Below are positions 1 through 10,109 of a DNA stretch of 64,000 nt, piece by piece. Location: positions 1,152,001 to 1,216,000 of the forward strand of contig CAVUKB010000005.1 of NCBI GenBank assembly GCA_963741955.1. The letters are read 5' to 3'. A program made the position numbers and the translations under genes. The notes beneath the pieces were generated by a model. It was not told where the DNA came from. It did not search any database and was given only the letters and a program-made list of their open reading frames with translations. Positions within the stretch are counted from its first letter, which is position 1, and each line of letters opens with the position of its first letter. This DNA is from an uncultured Acidobacteriota bacterium (GTDB taxonomy: Bacteria > Acidobacteriota > Thermoanaerobaculia > Gp7-AA8).

Positions 1-303
1 GCGGTCGGATTGAATGAGCCGATCGGCGGGACGATCGTTTTCGCCCTGGGCGGACTTCCGTTCTGCGTCGTGTTTCTCATCCGCCTGATCTTCAAGGTGG
101 ATGTCATCTCGGTGTTCGGCCGCCGAACCATGGCTCAAATGTATTTTCCGTTCCGGAAGAAGCAGGCGCAGGAAGTCTTCAATGAGATCTGCGCCGCCAC
201 CCGAGCCGCGCAGCGCAGGAGGACGGCGGAGCGCCCCCTCTCCGCTCCCGAACCGGCTCCGCCGCCTCCCCTCCCTCTTCCGGAGAGCAACCCTTCCGTC
301 TGA
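1..303 (+). CDS. 3' end of a probable membrane protein (begins before the window)
   Basis: Open frame from the window edge with a hydrophobic segment (GTIVFALGGLPFCVVFLIRLIF) and a Pro-rich tail, ending at TGA 303. Confidence 0.55.
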   Translation, partial: AVGLNEPIGGTIVFALGGLPFCVVFLIRLIFKVDVISVFGRRTMAQMYFPFRKKQAQEVFNEICAATRAAQRRRTAERPLSAPEPAPPPPLPLPESNPSV

Positions 304-773
304 AACCTGCGATAGGCAATCCCGGATCTTCTTTCATTCGCCGTGTGTCCGACTCCGGCGTGGTCTCAGTCGCGATCCGCCGGTCCGGCCCGTCGGCTTC
401 GTGCTCCAATCCGGCCGAACGTCACCAGAATGACCAGGAACTTCGACGGTGCCGGTGGTCGTCGGAGGAGAGCTCCTACGCCGGAGTCGTGACGCGGAGC
501 GTCGATTCTCGTGTACATGCCGTGGGATGAAGACGCGGCTCCCTACAGCCTGGCCTGCGTGTCCCACCTGTTCAGGTTGCCTGATACGAGATTCTTCCAG
601 TAAGGTGTTCAACATACCCCTATCGAGCCACAACAAATCGCGGCGCGTCAAAGCGACCGCGTCGGGATTTCTTTCTCGAAAGAGAAGGGACTCGCGCGAC
701 TTCAGCATCTCAATTCGACGAACTCGGCCGGGAATGCGACCGGCCGAAGCGAACGAGGAAGGAGAATATTCAA

Positions 774-2624
774 ATGATGCATCGATATAGGGTGATTCTC
801 TTCTGTCTTACGGCGACTCTGATCTCGGCAATCGCAGTCGGTCAGGTCATCCCCATCAAGAATTGGCCAGCGCCGCCCACGTGGACACCTCCGGCCGGCT
901 CCTCAGGGCAGCTCTCCGCTCAAACCCATCTTTCGCCCGCCATACCGTTCGTAGCGATCACTCCGTGCCGAGTCTACGATTCACGCAGCGCGTCGATTCT
1001 CACCGGCGGCACGTCTCGAACCATCAATGTCGACGGGACGTCGTGCGCCACGTGGCCTTCGACGGTCGAGGCGTACTCGATCAACATCACGGCATTCGGA
1101 TCGACCTCGGGAGGCGGATACGCATTCCTCACGGCTTACCCGACTGGCTCGACCAGACCAACCGTCGCGACGCTCAACTTCCTCCCGGGGACTCAGGTCG
1201 GTAACTCAGCGGTCATTCCAGCCGGCACCGGTAACGATATAGACATTTACTCCACCGCGACGACGCACTTCACCATCGACATCAATGGCTACTACTCCAG
1301 CCAGCTTCCTCAAATCTTCGGTCCGACGATGCAGTTTGTCGTCAGCGAAAACTGCGACAATTGCGCCGCGATTCTCGGCCAGAACGGGTCGACTGCGGCG
1401 GGTTCGCATGGAGTCGGCGGATTCGCGAGCGGTGCGGGACAGGTCTATGGTGTCCAGGGACAGGTCAGCTCATCGGCCACGTCCTCGTCAGCAGGTGTGC
1501 ATGGCATCAGCGACTCCAGTGCCTCGTCTGCCTTCGGGGTTTATGGTCAGATCACGACGACAAGCGGGGGAGCCTTCTCCGCCGCGGTACGGGGCCAGCA
1601 CAGTGGTACCGGGGGCGGCGGGATCGGTGTCTGGGGTAGCCACGACGGGGGCGGCTGGGGCGTCTACGGCACCTCCTCAACCGGTTACGCCGGTTACTTT
1701 TCTTCCAATGGTGGCATCTCTCTTCTCGGCGTGGCCGGCGGGACGAGCGGAACGAACTACGGCGTGAAGGGAACCACCAGCAGCACGTCTAATGGAGCAG
1801 CCGGTGTTTTGGGGGTCGCTTCGGGTGGTACCTTCGACTTCGCTACCGGCCTCGGAGGTTCCTCCGGTGTGGTCGCCATGTCTCAGGGCGGACCTGCAAT
1901 TCTGGCGCTTTCGACCGGCCGTGCGGTTCAAGGCTCAACTGGCACGGTAAGCACGGGAACATTCTCGTTCAGCGGCTCGAGCGGAATTCTCGGGTTCAGC
2001 AGCACATCCGGCGTGCACGCCTTCGGCGATATTACGGCAAGCGGGACGAAGTCATTCGTGGAGCCGCATCCGACCGAGGCAGGGAAGATCATCCGCTACA
2101 TCGCGCTGGAAGGCGGCGAGGCAGGAACCTACTTCCGCGGACGAAGTCACTTCAGTGGAGGAATGGCCGTGATCCCGGTTCCCGAAGATTTCCGGCTGAC
2201 CACGACGCCCGACTCTCTCAGTGTTCAAATCACGCCGATCGGAGATCTCGCTCAAGTCGCCGTCGTCAGCGTCGGGCTCGATCAGATCATGGTGAAGGCA
2301 TCCAAGGACGTCGAGTTCTACTACATGGTGAATGGAGTCCGCGCCGGATTCGATCATTTCGAGCCGGTCCAGCGGGATCGCGACGAGTTCTTCATTCCCA
2401 AGGGCCCGGACGATCGTCTCGAAAATGTCTGGGGTGCGGAGATCCGCAAGCGCCTGGTCGAGAACGGCACGTTCAATTCTGACGGGTCGGTCAACATGGA
2501 TACGGCTCGAGTAAAAGGGTGGACGAAGGTCTGGGCCGAACGCGCCGAAGCACAGCGTGAGGCGGCCGAACTGGCGCGTGAGCGCCATCTGAATGGACAG
2601 CAGCAGCAGCTCAGTGACCAGTAG
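774..2624 (+). CDS. Secreted protein: 'PCRVYDSR' surface domain, Gly/Ser-rich GVxG repeat region, C-terminal tail-fibre/intramolecular-chaperone-like domain
   Basis: 616-aa ORF with SD (gaaggag) and signal peptide; motifs FVAITPCRVYDSR, repeated GVxG/GIxG, and GDITASGTKSFVEPHP...YIALEGGEAGTYFRG. Confidence 0.75.
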   Translation: MMHRYRVILFCLTATLISAIAVGQVIPIKNWPAPPTWTPPAGSSGQLSAQTHLSPAIPFVAITPCRVYDSRSASILTGGTSRTINVDGTSCATWPSTVEAYSINITAFGSTSGGGYAFLTAYPTGSTRPTVATLNFLPGTQVGNSAVIPAGTGNDIDIYSTATTHFTIDINGYYSSQLPQIFGPTMQFVVSENCDNCAAILGQNGSTAAGSHGVGGFASGAGQVYGVQGQVSSSATSSSAGVHGISDSSASSAFGVYGQITTTSGGAFSAAVRGQHSGTGGGGIGVWGSHDGGGWGVYGTSSTGYAGYFSSNGGISLLGVAGGTSGTNYGVKGTTSSTSNGAAGVLGVASGGTFDFATGLGGSSGVVAMSQGGPAILALSTGRAVQGSTGTVSTGTFSFSGSSGILGFSSTSGVHAFGDITASGTKSFVEPHPTEAGKIIRYIALEGGEAGTYFRGRSHFSGGMAVIPVPEDFRLTTTPDSLSVQITPIGDLAQVAVVSVGLDQIMVKASKDVEFYYMVNGVRAGFDHFEPVQRDRDEFFIPKGPDDRLENVWGAEIRKRLVENGTFNSDGSVNMDTARVKGWTKVWAERAEAQREAAELARERHLNGQQQQLSDQ

Positions 2625-2640
2625 TCAGACCGCTACAGGG

Positions 2641-2672
2641 GGACGGAGCCGCGCGGGCGCGCGGCTCCGTCC
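2641..2672. terminator. GC-rich hairpin between convergent genes (possible bidirectional terminator)
   Basis: ggacggagccgcgcg-gg-cgcgcggctccgtcc perfect inverted repeat. Confidence 0.55.
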
Positions 2673-2692
2673 GTTCCAGAGTCGTCGGACTC

Positions 2693-4474
2693 TCACGGCC
2701 CCGCAATCTCCCAGTTCGGATCGGCGACACTATAGAGGTTCGTCCCGGAGAGGTACGTCGTTCCATTCAGGAACCAGACGTTCACCGCTCCCGTCGCGTA
2801 GTTCCGCCAGATCAGATCCGGGTGGCCGTCGTTGTTGTAATCGCCGATCGCCTGGATCTTCCAGTTCGGATCCGCGACGTTGAACAGGTTCGCTCCCGAG
2901 ACATAGGTCGTCCCGTTCAGGAACCAGACATTCACCGCGCCGGTCGCGTAGTTCCTCCAGATCAGGTCCGTCTTCCCGTCGTTGTTGAAGTCGGCCGCCC
3001 CTTCGATCTTCCAGTTCGGATCCGCGACGCTGAACAGATTCGCTCCCGAGGTGTACGTCGTTCCATTGAGAAACCACGCATTCACCGCGCCGGTGGTGTA
3101 ATTCCTCCAGATCAGATCGTCTTTCCCGTCCCCGTTGAAATCTCCCACCGCTTCGATCTTCCAGTTCGGATCTGCGACGTTGAACAGGTTCGCGCCCGAC
3201 ACGTACGTCGTCCCGTTCAGAAACCAGACGTTCACTGCACCCGTCGAGTAGTTCCTCCAGATCAGGTCGGACTTGCCGTCGCCGTTGAAGTCTCCCACTC
3301 CGTCGATCCGCCAGTTGGAGTCTGCGACATTGAACAGGTTTGCGCCGGAGGTGTACGTCGTCCCGTTCAGGAACCAGACGTTCACCGCTCCCGTCGAATA
3401 GTTCCTCCAGATCAGATCCGGCTTCGTGTCGCCGTTGAAATCACCGCGGACGAACGCCGTGGCCGCCTGCCAGTCGGCGCAGGTTGCGGGGTCGCCAATG
3501 CCGAACGTGCCCGTCGTCGGATACTTCCACGTCGTCGAACCGGAATCCTTGAATTGAAAGTAGTAGCGATGGCAGCCGCTCCCGAGTCCCGTCCGGCTGG
3601 TAGTCCAGGCACCATTGGTCGTCGTGCCGCGATCGAGCGTCAGCGCGTACGACGTTCCGTCGACCACGACGCTGCTCTGGGTCGGCGCTGATGAGTCGTA
3701 CCAGTTCGCCCAGAATTCAACGGTCGAGCCCTGGCGGGTTCCATCCGTGGCCCAGTGCGCGCCGGAGACGAGCTTCGAGGGAGAGCTTCCGGAGCCGAAG
3801 TCCTGAGTCCAGTACGGTTCTCCGAGAGCGTCGCTGTAACCGACGCCGACTCCGGGACCGGGCGCTTTCAGGATATTCCAGCGGTGACCGTTCGTCAGGC
3901 TGAACGTGCAGGTTGTGTTCGTGGTCGATTCCAGCAGCAGCGCGTAGAACGCGGACTTGGGCGTCGCGTAGCTCCGCGCGAGATTCTCGGCTCCGGCAGT
4001 CGAGCCGAACAGCGCGATGCGACTGGTCCAGGTGGTCGTGCCACTGAGTACGCCGCCGCTGCAGGAGCACGAAACCGACCCGTCGCAGCTATTCGGATAA
4101 AGGCTCGAGATGTTGTTCACGAGTGTGCAGGGAGTGTCGTGCTGGAGATTCAAGGACGCACGGGCGAGAAAGTCGGAGTAGAACCGCGAAGAGTGGTTGA
4201 GGTTCGCGTTGTAGTTCAGCGGCGCGACCGGCGTGTAGCAGGTTCCCGAGAGCTCCGCAGTCGAGCACCCGGTACAGCTCGCGAGCTCGGTCGAAGGTTC
4301 GACGCGCGCCCGGTTCGTCAGCTCGATGAAAGCGCGCTCCTCCCACTTCGGAAATGTGTTCACCGGTTCTCCGAGGTTCGCGAAAACCGGCGTCAACTCA
4401 CCGGCGGAGACCAGCGTGGGAATGCACGAGACGGAGAGAAAGAGGAGAATCCACAGCCGGGCGGGAATTCGCAT
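2693..4474 (-). CDS. Secreted CAP/SCP-like domain protein with five C-terminal FG-GAP/VCBS repeats
   Basis: Signal peptide; CAP-like motifs (ELTNRAR, GAENLA, GHRWNIL, GVGVGY); 5 near-identical 50-aa repeats GDFNGDGKxDLIWRNY. Confidence 0.8.
   Translation of the reverse strand: MRIPARLWILLFLSVSCIPTLVSAGELTPVFANLGEPVNTFPKWEERAFIELTNRARVEPSTELASCTGCSTAELSGTCYTPVAPLNYNANLNHSSRFYSDFLARASLNLQHDTPCTLVNNISSLYPNSCDGSVSCSCSGGVLSGTTTWTSRIALFGSTAGAENLARSYATPKSAFYALLLESTTNTTCTFSLTNGHRWNILKAPGPGVGVGYSDALGEPYWTQDFGSGSSPSKLVSGAHWATDGTRQGSTVEFWANWYDSSAPTQSSVVVDGTSYALTLDRGTTTNGAWTTSRTGLGSGCHRYYFQFKDSGSTTWKYPTTGTFGIGDPATCADWQAATAFVRGDFNGDTKPDLIWRNYSTGAVNVWFLNGTTYTSGANLFNVADSNWRIDGVGDFNGDGKSDLIWRNYSTGAVNVWFLNGTTYVSGANLFNVADPNWKIEAVGDFNGDGKDDLIWRNYTTGAVNAWFLNGTTYTSGANLFSVADPNWKIEGAADFNNDGKTDLIWRNYATGAVNVWFLNGTTYVSGANLFNVADPNWKIQAIGDYNNDGHPDLIWRNYATGAVNVWFLNGTTYLSGTNLYSVADPNWEIAGP
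2696..3450 (-). repeat. Five intragenic 150-bp tandem repeats encoding FG-GAP blades
   Basis: 50-aa period visible in both protein and DNA. Confidence 0.9.
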
Positions 4475-4770
4475 TTCAGGCCTCCTGGAACAGCTGCTGA
4501 GTTCTTGATTCTAGCATCCGGAGCCGGAAATGCCTCACGCGGGGTCGGATTCCCGGCGCAGAAAAGCTCCTTCGATCGGCGGTGGCTCGACAGGAGGGGC
4601 CGCCACCGACCCACCATCCCGTGGCGACATTGTATGGTAATGGTCGATCGAGTCGCGAGGGGTCCCAGCTGCGACACGGATGATGCGTCGAGGTCGCGAA
4701 TGGAACGATCGCGCTGCTGAAACAGCGTCTCCGCGGACACCGGTTGCAGATCGTAGATAATAGGTCCGCA

Positions 4771-7302
4771 ATGCGTGTCTACAAGTTCGGCGGCGTGGCC
4801 GTCGGTTCGGTCGAGGCGGTGCATACCGCCGCAGCGCACGTCGAGCGCGCGGGAGCGCCGCTCGTGGTCGTCGTCTCCGCGATGAACGGAGTCACCGACC
4901 TCCTTCTCTCCTGCGCCGAATCGGCCCTGAAGCAGGATCGCGGCGGGTGGGTCGCGGCGGCGCAGCGCTTCGAATCGCGTCACCTGGAACTCCTTCGAGC
5001 TCTCGAGCTCCGCCACCCGCGGATCGATCCTCTCGCGACCCTGATCACCGAAGCGACGCGCGAGCTCCGCTCGATGTGCGAGAGCATCTCCGTCCTCGGC
5101 GAGCTGACGCCGCGTGCCCGCGACACCGTCGCCGCGCGCGGCGAACGCCTCCTCGCCAGGATCTTCGCCGAAGTTCTCGAGGAGCGCGGCACGGCGTCCG
5201 CCTATCTCGATGCCACGGATCTGATCTTCACCGAGCATCGGCTCGGGGGGCTCTGGCCGAACTTCCCGCGCTGTGAGCGCGCCACGAAACGCATCGTCGC
5301 TCCCCTTCTCGCGGAGGGGCGCGTGGTCGTCGTTCCCGGATACCTCGGACGCGGACCCGACGGAGAGCTCGTCACTCTGGGGCGCGGCGGCTCCGATTTT
5401 TCCGCCGCGATCCTCGGTCGGAGTCTCCATGCTGAAGAAGTGACCCTCTTCAAAGAGGTCGACGGCATCATGACCGCCGACCCCACCAGCGTTCCGAACG
5501 CCCGGCTCCTCCCCGAGCTTCACTATCGCGAAGCGGCGGAGCTCGCGTTCTACGGCGCGAAGGTGCTCCACCCGCGCACTCTGATTCCACTCGCCGACCG
5601 GCGCATTCCTCTCCGCGTACGCAACGCGTTCCAGGCCGAATCCACCGGCAGCCGCATTGCGAGCGACGTCCTCCCGGGCGACTATCCCGTCCGTGCACTC
5701 ACCGCGATCCACCGCCAGGCGCTCATCTCCATCGAGGGGAGCGGAATGATGGGCGTTCCCGGCGTTGCGGGGCGCGCGTTCTCCACCCTCTCCCAGGCCG
5801 GTCACTCCGTCTCCATGATCAGCCAGGCATCGAGCGAGTCGAGCATCTGCCTCGTTCTGCCGGAGTCGGAAGCGGCCCACGCGGTCGTCGCTCTCGAGAG
5901 CGCGTTCGAGGCGGAGCGGCGCCTGAAGCTCGTCGAGCGGATCCGCGCCGAGAAGAGAATCGCCCTGATCGCCGTTGTCGGCCTCGGCATGCGCGGACGC
6001 CCCGGCATCGCCGCCCGCACGTTCTCCTCCCTCAGCGGGGAACGGGTGAACGTGATTGCAATCGCTCAAGGGTCGTCGGAACTGAACATCACCGTCGCAG
6101 TCTCGGAAGAGGACGCGGCGCGCGCGCTGCGCGGACTCCACACCGAGTTTCAACTCGATCGGATCCGCCCCCTCGCCGACGTCTCCGGTCGCGAATCGAA
6201 GCTCACGCTCCTCGGGTTCGGCCAGATCGGACGCGCTCTCGCCTCGCAGCTCATCAGTCAGGAGAAACATCTGCGCCACGAGCTCAGCGCCGATCTTCAG
6301 GTCATCGCGGTCGCGGATCGCTCGGGGATACGGATCGACGAGAAGGGGTTCTCCGCCACCGCTCTGCAGAAGATGGCGCGTCGGAAAGCGGCGGGAGGGA
6401 AACTGTTCGACCGCGACTCGCCACTGACACTGCAACAGATCCAGGAGCTGATGCGGAAGGAGCTGTGGCTTCTCCCGTCCCACCGCCCCATCCTCGTCGA
6501 CCTCACCTCCGAAGAGACGGCGCCGCTGATCCAGGAAGCGCTCGAGCGCGGATTCCACGTCGTCCTCGCGAACAAGAAACCGCTGGCCGTTCCGCAGATC
6601 GAGTTCGACCGGATGATGCAGACGGCGAAGGAACGGGGCCTGTCGCTCCGTTACGAGGCGACCGCCGGCGCGGGACTCCCCGTGCTCGATACGCTGGCGA
6701 AGCTCCGCGAATCGGGCGATCGCGTCGAGACGATCCTCGGCTGCTTCTCCGGAACCCTCGGCTTTCTCATGAGCGCGCTGGAAGACGGTGTTCCGTTCGC
6801 CGACGCGGTGAAGAAGGCGTGGAAGCTCGGCTACACAGAGCCGGATCCACGAGAGGATCTTTCCGGGATGGACGTCGCGCGCAAGGCGCTGATCCTCGCG
6901 CGCACGCTCGGACGCCGGGTGGAGATCTCGGACATCACGCTCGAACCGTTGTTCGGTCCCGAGCTCGACGATCCGGATCCTGAAACGTTCATCGAAAACC
7001 TCAGAAGTCTCGACGACGTCTACCGACGCCGGCTCGAGAAGGCACGCCGGGAGAAGAAGGTCCTTCGCTACGTCGCACGCATCGGACGACGGGCGATCCG
7101 CGTCGGGATCGACGCCCTTCCGGAGAGCTCGCCGATGGGTCGCCTCCGCGGAACGGACAATCAGGTCGTGATTCACTCGCGGCGATACAAGACGAATCCG
7201 CTCATCGTGACCGGACCCGGCGCGGGAGCAGACGTCACTGCGGCCGGCGTCCTCAACGACATCGTGGCCATCACCACCGAGGAGCGGAGGCGGGTGCGTT
7301 GA
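4771..7302 (+). CDS. thrA: Bifunctional aspartate kinase / homoserine dehydrogenase
   Basis: VYKFGG, TLGRGGSDFSAA, two ACT domains, LLGFGQIG, VLANKKPLA, YEATAGAGLP, YTEPDPREDLSG, GPGAGADVTAAGV. Confidence 0.95.
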   Translation: MRVYKFGGVAVGSVEAVHTAAAHVERAGAPLVVVVSAMNGVTDLLLSCAESALKQDRGGWVAAAQRFESRHLELLRALELRHPRIDPLATLITEATRELRSMCESISVLGELTPRARDTVAARGERLLARIFAEVLEERGTASAYLDATDLIFTEHRLGGLWPNFPRCERATKRIVAPLLAEGRVVVVPGYLGRGPDGELVTLGRGGSDFSAAILGRSLHAEEVTLFKEVDGIMTADPTSVPNARLLPELHYREAAELAFYGAKVLHPRTLIPLADRRIPLRVRNAFQAESTGSRIASDVLPGDYPVRALTAIHRQALISIEGSGMMGVPGVAGRAFSTLSQAGHSVSMISQASSESSICLVLPESEAAHAVVALESAFEAERRLKLVERIRAEKRIALIAVVGLGMRGRPGIAARTFSSLSGERVNVIAIAQGSSELNITVAVSEEDAARALRGLHTEFQLDRIRPLADVSGRESKLTLLGFGQIGRALASQLISQEKHLRHELSADLQVIAVADRSGIRIDEKGFSATALQKMARRKAAGGKLFDRDSPLTLQQIQELMRKELWLLPSHRPILVDLTSEETAPLIQEALERGFHVVLANKKPLAVPQIEFDRMMQTAKERGLSLRYEATAGAGLPVLDTLAKLRESGDRVETILGCFSGTLGFLMSALEDGVPFADAVKKAWKLGYTEPDPREDLSGMDVARKALILARTLGRRVEISDITLEPLFGPELDDPDPETFIENLRSLDDVYRRRLEKARREKKVLRYVARIGRRAIRVGIDALPESSPMGRLRGTDNQVVIHSRRYKTNPLIVTGPGAGADVTAAGVLNDIVAITTEERRRVR

Positions 7303-8213
7303 ATCGTGCGACCGTCTTCGTGCCCGGTTCCATCGGAAACGTCGGTCCGGGCTTCGACGTGCTGGGTCTGGCGATCGGAGGAATCGGCGATCGCGTGACG
7401 GTGGAACTGACGGACGGGCCCGCGCGGATCGAAGAGATCAGCGGCCGCGACGCCGCGCTGCTCCCACGCGAACCGGAGCGGAACACGGCGTCGATCGCCG
7501 CCGCAGCGTGGCTGCGACGGGCCGGCGTGAACAAGAATCCGATCGTATCCATCTGCAAGTCCCTCCCGCTCGCAGGGGGAATGGGAGGGAGCGCCGCGAG
7601 CAGCGTCGGCGGGGCGTACGCCGCAACGCTCGCCGCTGGAGCAGCGGTCGACACGAACGAGATCATGGCCGCCGCGCTCGAAGCGGAGGAAGTCGTCGCG
7701 GGGCGCCATCTCGACAACATCGCGCCGTCGACGCTGGGCGGGCTCTGTCTGGTGCGAGGCGTCGATCCGGTCGACGTGATCTCGGTCGCCGCTCCCGAAT
7801 CGTGGCGCGTGGCGCTGGTCACTCCCCGCGTACGCATCTCCACGCGCGACGCGCGCGGAGTTCTCCCGGAGCAGTGGGACAGCGCCTCGTGGATCCAGCA
7901 GATGGCGAATACCGCCGCACTTCTCTACGCGTTCACCATCGCGGACGAAGATCTCGTCTCTCGTGCTCTCGACGACCTCTATGCCGAGCCGCGACGTGCA
8001 GCGCTGATCCCATCCTTCCACGAGATCAAGCGCGCCGCGCTCGCAAACGGAGCATTCGGCTGCTCGATCAGCGGATCGGGACCGACCGTCTTCGCCATTG
8101 CATCGGAGCGACGGGTCTCGCAGTGTGCAGCCGCGATGAAGAACGCACTCGGGGGCGTCGAAGGCGACGTACACGTGACCTCGATCGCACGCGAAGGAGC
8201 TCGGAGAGTATGA
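7299..8213 (+). CDS. thrB: Homoserine kinase
   Basis: PGSIGNVGPGFDVLGLA, GHMP motif LPLAGGMGGSAAS, SISGSGPT; TTGA overlap with thrA. Confidence 0.95.
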   Translation: MNRATVFVPGSIGNVGPGFDVLGLAIGGIGDRVTVELTDGPARIEEISGRDAALLPREPERNTASIAAAAWLRRAGVNKNPIVSICKSLPLAGGMGGSAASSVGGAYAATLAAGAAVDTNEIMAAALEAEEVVAGRHLDNIAPSTLGGLCLVRGVDPVDVISVAAPESWRVALVTPRVRISTRDARGVLPEQWDSASWIQQMANTAALLYAFTIADEDLVSRALDDLYAEPRRAALIPSFHEIKRAALANGAFGCSISGSGPTVFAIASERRVSQCAAAMKNALGGVEGDVHVTSIAREGARRV

Positions 8214-9415
8214 GTGAGTGGCTCGAATGCGGCAGCTGCCGGAAGGAGTTCGACCTGACGGAGAATCGCGTGACGTGCGATTGCGACGGACTCCTCGCGG
8301 TCACACGCGACCGGATTCCGGCGGGACCCGAGAAGTTCGACGCTCGCCGCGCGTCGCGACGCAACGTCGACCAGAGCGGCGTGTGGCGATTCCGGGAAGG
8401 GGTTCTGGACGTCGCCGAGACTCTGATCGTCACCCATCCCGAAGGAGCCACGAGACTCTACGAACGCGAAGGAATCTTCTTCAAACACGAAGGGGAGAAT
8501 CCAACCGGATCGTTCAAGGATCGCGGGATGACGGTCGCGGTCACTCAGGCGGTTCGGCTCGGGGCGCGCGCGGTCGCCTGCGCCTCGACCGGAAACACCA
8601 GCGCGTCGCTCGCAGCGTATGCGGCGCAGGCCGGGCTGCAGGCGATCGTCTTCGTTCCGGCGGGGAAGATCTCCGCGGGAAAGCTCGCCCAGACCCTCGC
8701 GTACGGAGCGAAGTGTCTCGCCGTACGCGGCGACTTCGACGCAGCGATGCAGCTCGTCCGTGAGGTCACCGCTCAGCGCGGCATCCACCTTCTCAACTCG
8801 ATCAATCCGTTCCGCATCGAAGGCCAGAAGACGATCGTCTGGGAGCTCCTGCAGGATCTCGAATGGAACGCTCCCGACTGGATCGTCGTCCCCGCCGGAA
8901 ACCTCGGCAATACCAGCGCATTCGGCAAGGCGCTGCGAGAAGCATTCGAAGCGGGATGGATCGCGCGGCTGCCGCGCCTCGCCTCGATCCAGGCGAGTGG
9001 CGCCAATCCCTTCTTCCGCGGGTTCCGCGAGGCGTTCGCGAACAGGCATCGGGTGAACGCGGAGACGGTCGCCACCGCGATCCGGATCGGGAACCCGGTC
9101 AGCTGGGATCGTGCGGTGGAATCGATCCGTTTCACGCACGGAGTGGTCGAAGAGGTGACCGACCGCGAGCTGATGGAAGCGAAGCGGGCGATCGACCGGA
9201 TGGGCATCGGATGCGAGCCTGCCTCCGCGTGCACGCTGGCCGGAGTGCGGAAACTGCGTGCGGCGGGAGTGATGCGCGAAGGCGAGCGCGTCGTGTGCGT
9301 CCTGACCGGACATCTGCTGAAGGATACCGGCGCGGTGATGCAGAACGTCGGCCCGGATCAGATCGTGGAGATCGACCCGACCCTCGAGTCTTTCGAGCGC
9401 GCGGTGGTCCTGTAG
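8210..9415 (+). CDS. thrC: Threonine synthase
   Basis: KHEGENPTGSFKDRG (PLP Lys), CASTGNTSAS, NSINPFRIEGQKT, EPASA; ATGA overlap with thrB. Confidence 0.95.
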   Translation: MSEWLECGSCRKEFDLTENRVTCDCDGLLAVTRDRIPAGPEKFDARRASRRNVDQSGVWRFREGVLDVAETLIVTHPEGATRLYEREGIFFKHEGENPTGSFKDRGMTVAVTQAVRLGARAVACASTGNTSASLAAYAAQAGLQAIVFVPAGKISAGKLAQTLAYGAKCLAVRGDFDAAMQLVREVTAQRGIHLLNSINPFRIEGQKTIVWELLQDLEWNAPDWIVVPAGNLGNTSAFGKALREAFEAGWIARLPRLASIQASGANPFFRGFREAFANRHRVNAETVATAIRIGNPVSWDRAVESIRFTHGVVEEVTDRELMEAKRAIDRMGIGCEPASACTLAGVRKLRAAGVMREGERVVCVLTGHLLKDTGAVMQNVGPDQIVEIDPTLESFERAVVL

Positions 9416-9458
9416 AGCGTCATGGTCTCGCGGTCCAGGCGGACGGCCCTTGCGCCTC

Positions 9459-9475
9459 ACTCTGCAGCACAAAGC
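9459..9475. promoter_or_regulatory. Putative palindromic operator, ACTTTG-N5-CAAAGT type (copy 1)
   Basis: ACTCTGcagcaCAAAGC upstream of the membrane-protein/wHTH genes; matches the copy at 11189. Confidence 0.55.
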
Positions 9476-9512
9476 TCTTGACGAAAAATCGAGCCGGCTC
9501 CAAGATGGAGCC

Positions 9513-10109
9513 GTGGCGAGCACTCCGGAACGTCCCCCGACTTTGCACGAACATGCGGCGGACAATCTCCGTTTCATCCGCGAGGCGATGGCCAGGGCGG
9601 GGACATTCACCGCGGTGCCGGGCCGCGGAATCGTGCTGGTCGGATCGACTGCGCTCATCGCTGCCTGGATTGCACACACTCAGCCCACCCCGCTCCGATG
9701 GATGACCGTCTGGCTGGTCGAGCTGGCGATCGCAGAGATCCTCGGCATCGGCGGAATCGTCCTGAAGGCACGCAGTACCGGTCTCGGGCTTCTCGCTGCG
9801 CCGGTGCGTCGATTCGCACTCGCGTTCATCCCTCCTCTGGTAGTCGGCGGTCTCCTCACCCTGGTGATGTGGAACGGCGGCGACACGACATCGATCGGGC
9901 CGATGTGGCTCCTCCTCTACGGGGCCGCAGTGATGACCGGCGGAGCGCTCTCGGTCCGGGTGGTTCCGTTCATGGGATTGACGATTCTTCTGACCGGATG
10001 CGCCGCGCTCGTCTTCTCCGCCGCGCCGGTGGACTTGTTCATGGCAATCGGATTCGGTCTGGTGCAGGTCGCGTTCGGCCTGCGTATCGCGAGGAGGTAT
10101 GGTGGCTAA
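9513..10109 (+). CDS. Multi-pass membrane protein
   Basis: GTG start after ggag; LHEHAADNLRFIREAM then about 6 hydrophobic helices; overlaps the regulator gene. Confidence 0.8.
   Translation: MASTPERPPTLHEHAADNLRFIREAMARAGTFTAVPGRGIVLVGSTALIAAWIAHTQPTPLRWMTVWLVELAIAEILGIGGIVLKARSTGLGLLAAPVRRFALAFIPPLVVGGLLTLVMWNGGDTTSIGPMWLLLYGAAVMTGGALSVRVVPFMGLTILLTGCAALVFSAAPVDLFMAIGFGLVQVAFGLRIARRYGG

Noticed and set aside
660-760. Possible c-di-GMP-I riboswitch upstream of the secreted protein gene
   Set aside because: A GAAA-tetraloop hairpin followed by gggac is present, but the GGCAAA and GCAAAG elements are not recognisable; needs an Rfam scan
2696-3450. Diversity-generating retroelement template/variable repeats
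   Set aside because: No reverse transcriptase in the window; differences are mostly synonymous and not adenine-specific
4393-7176. 927-aa antisense ORF and similar shadow ORFs (e.g. 18242-20032, 32431-33930, 59502-61097)
   Set aside because: Opposite well-supported genes; typical of high-GC codon bias
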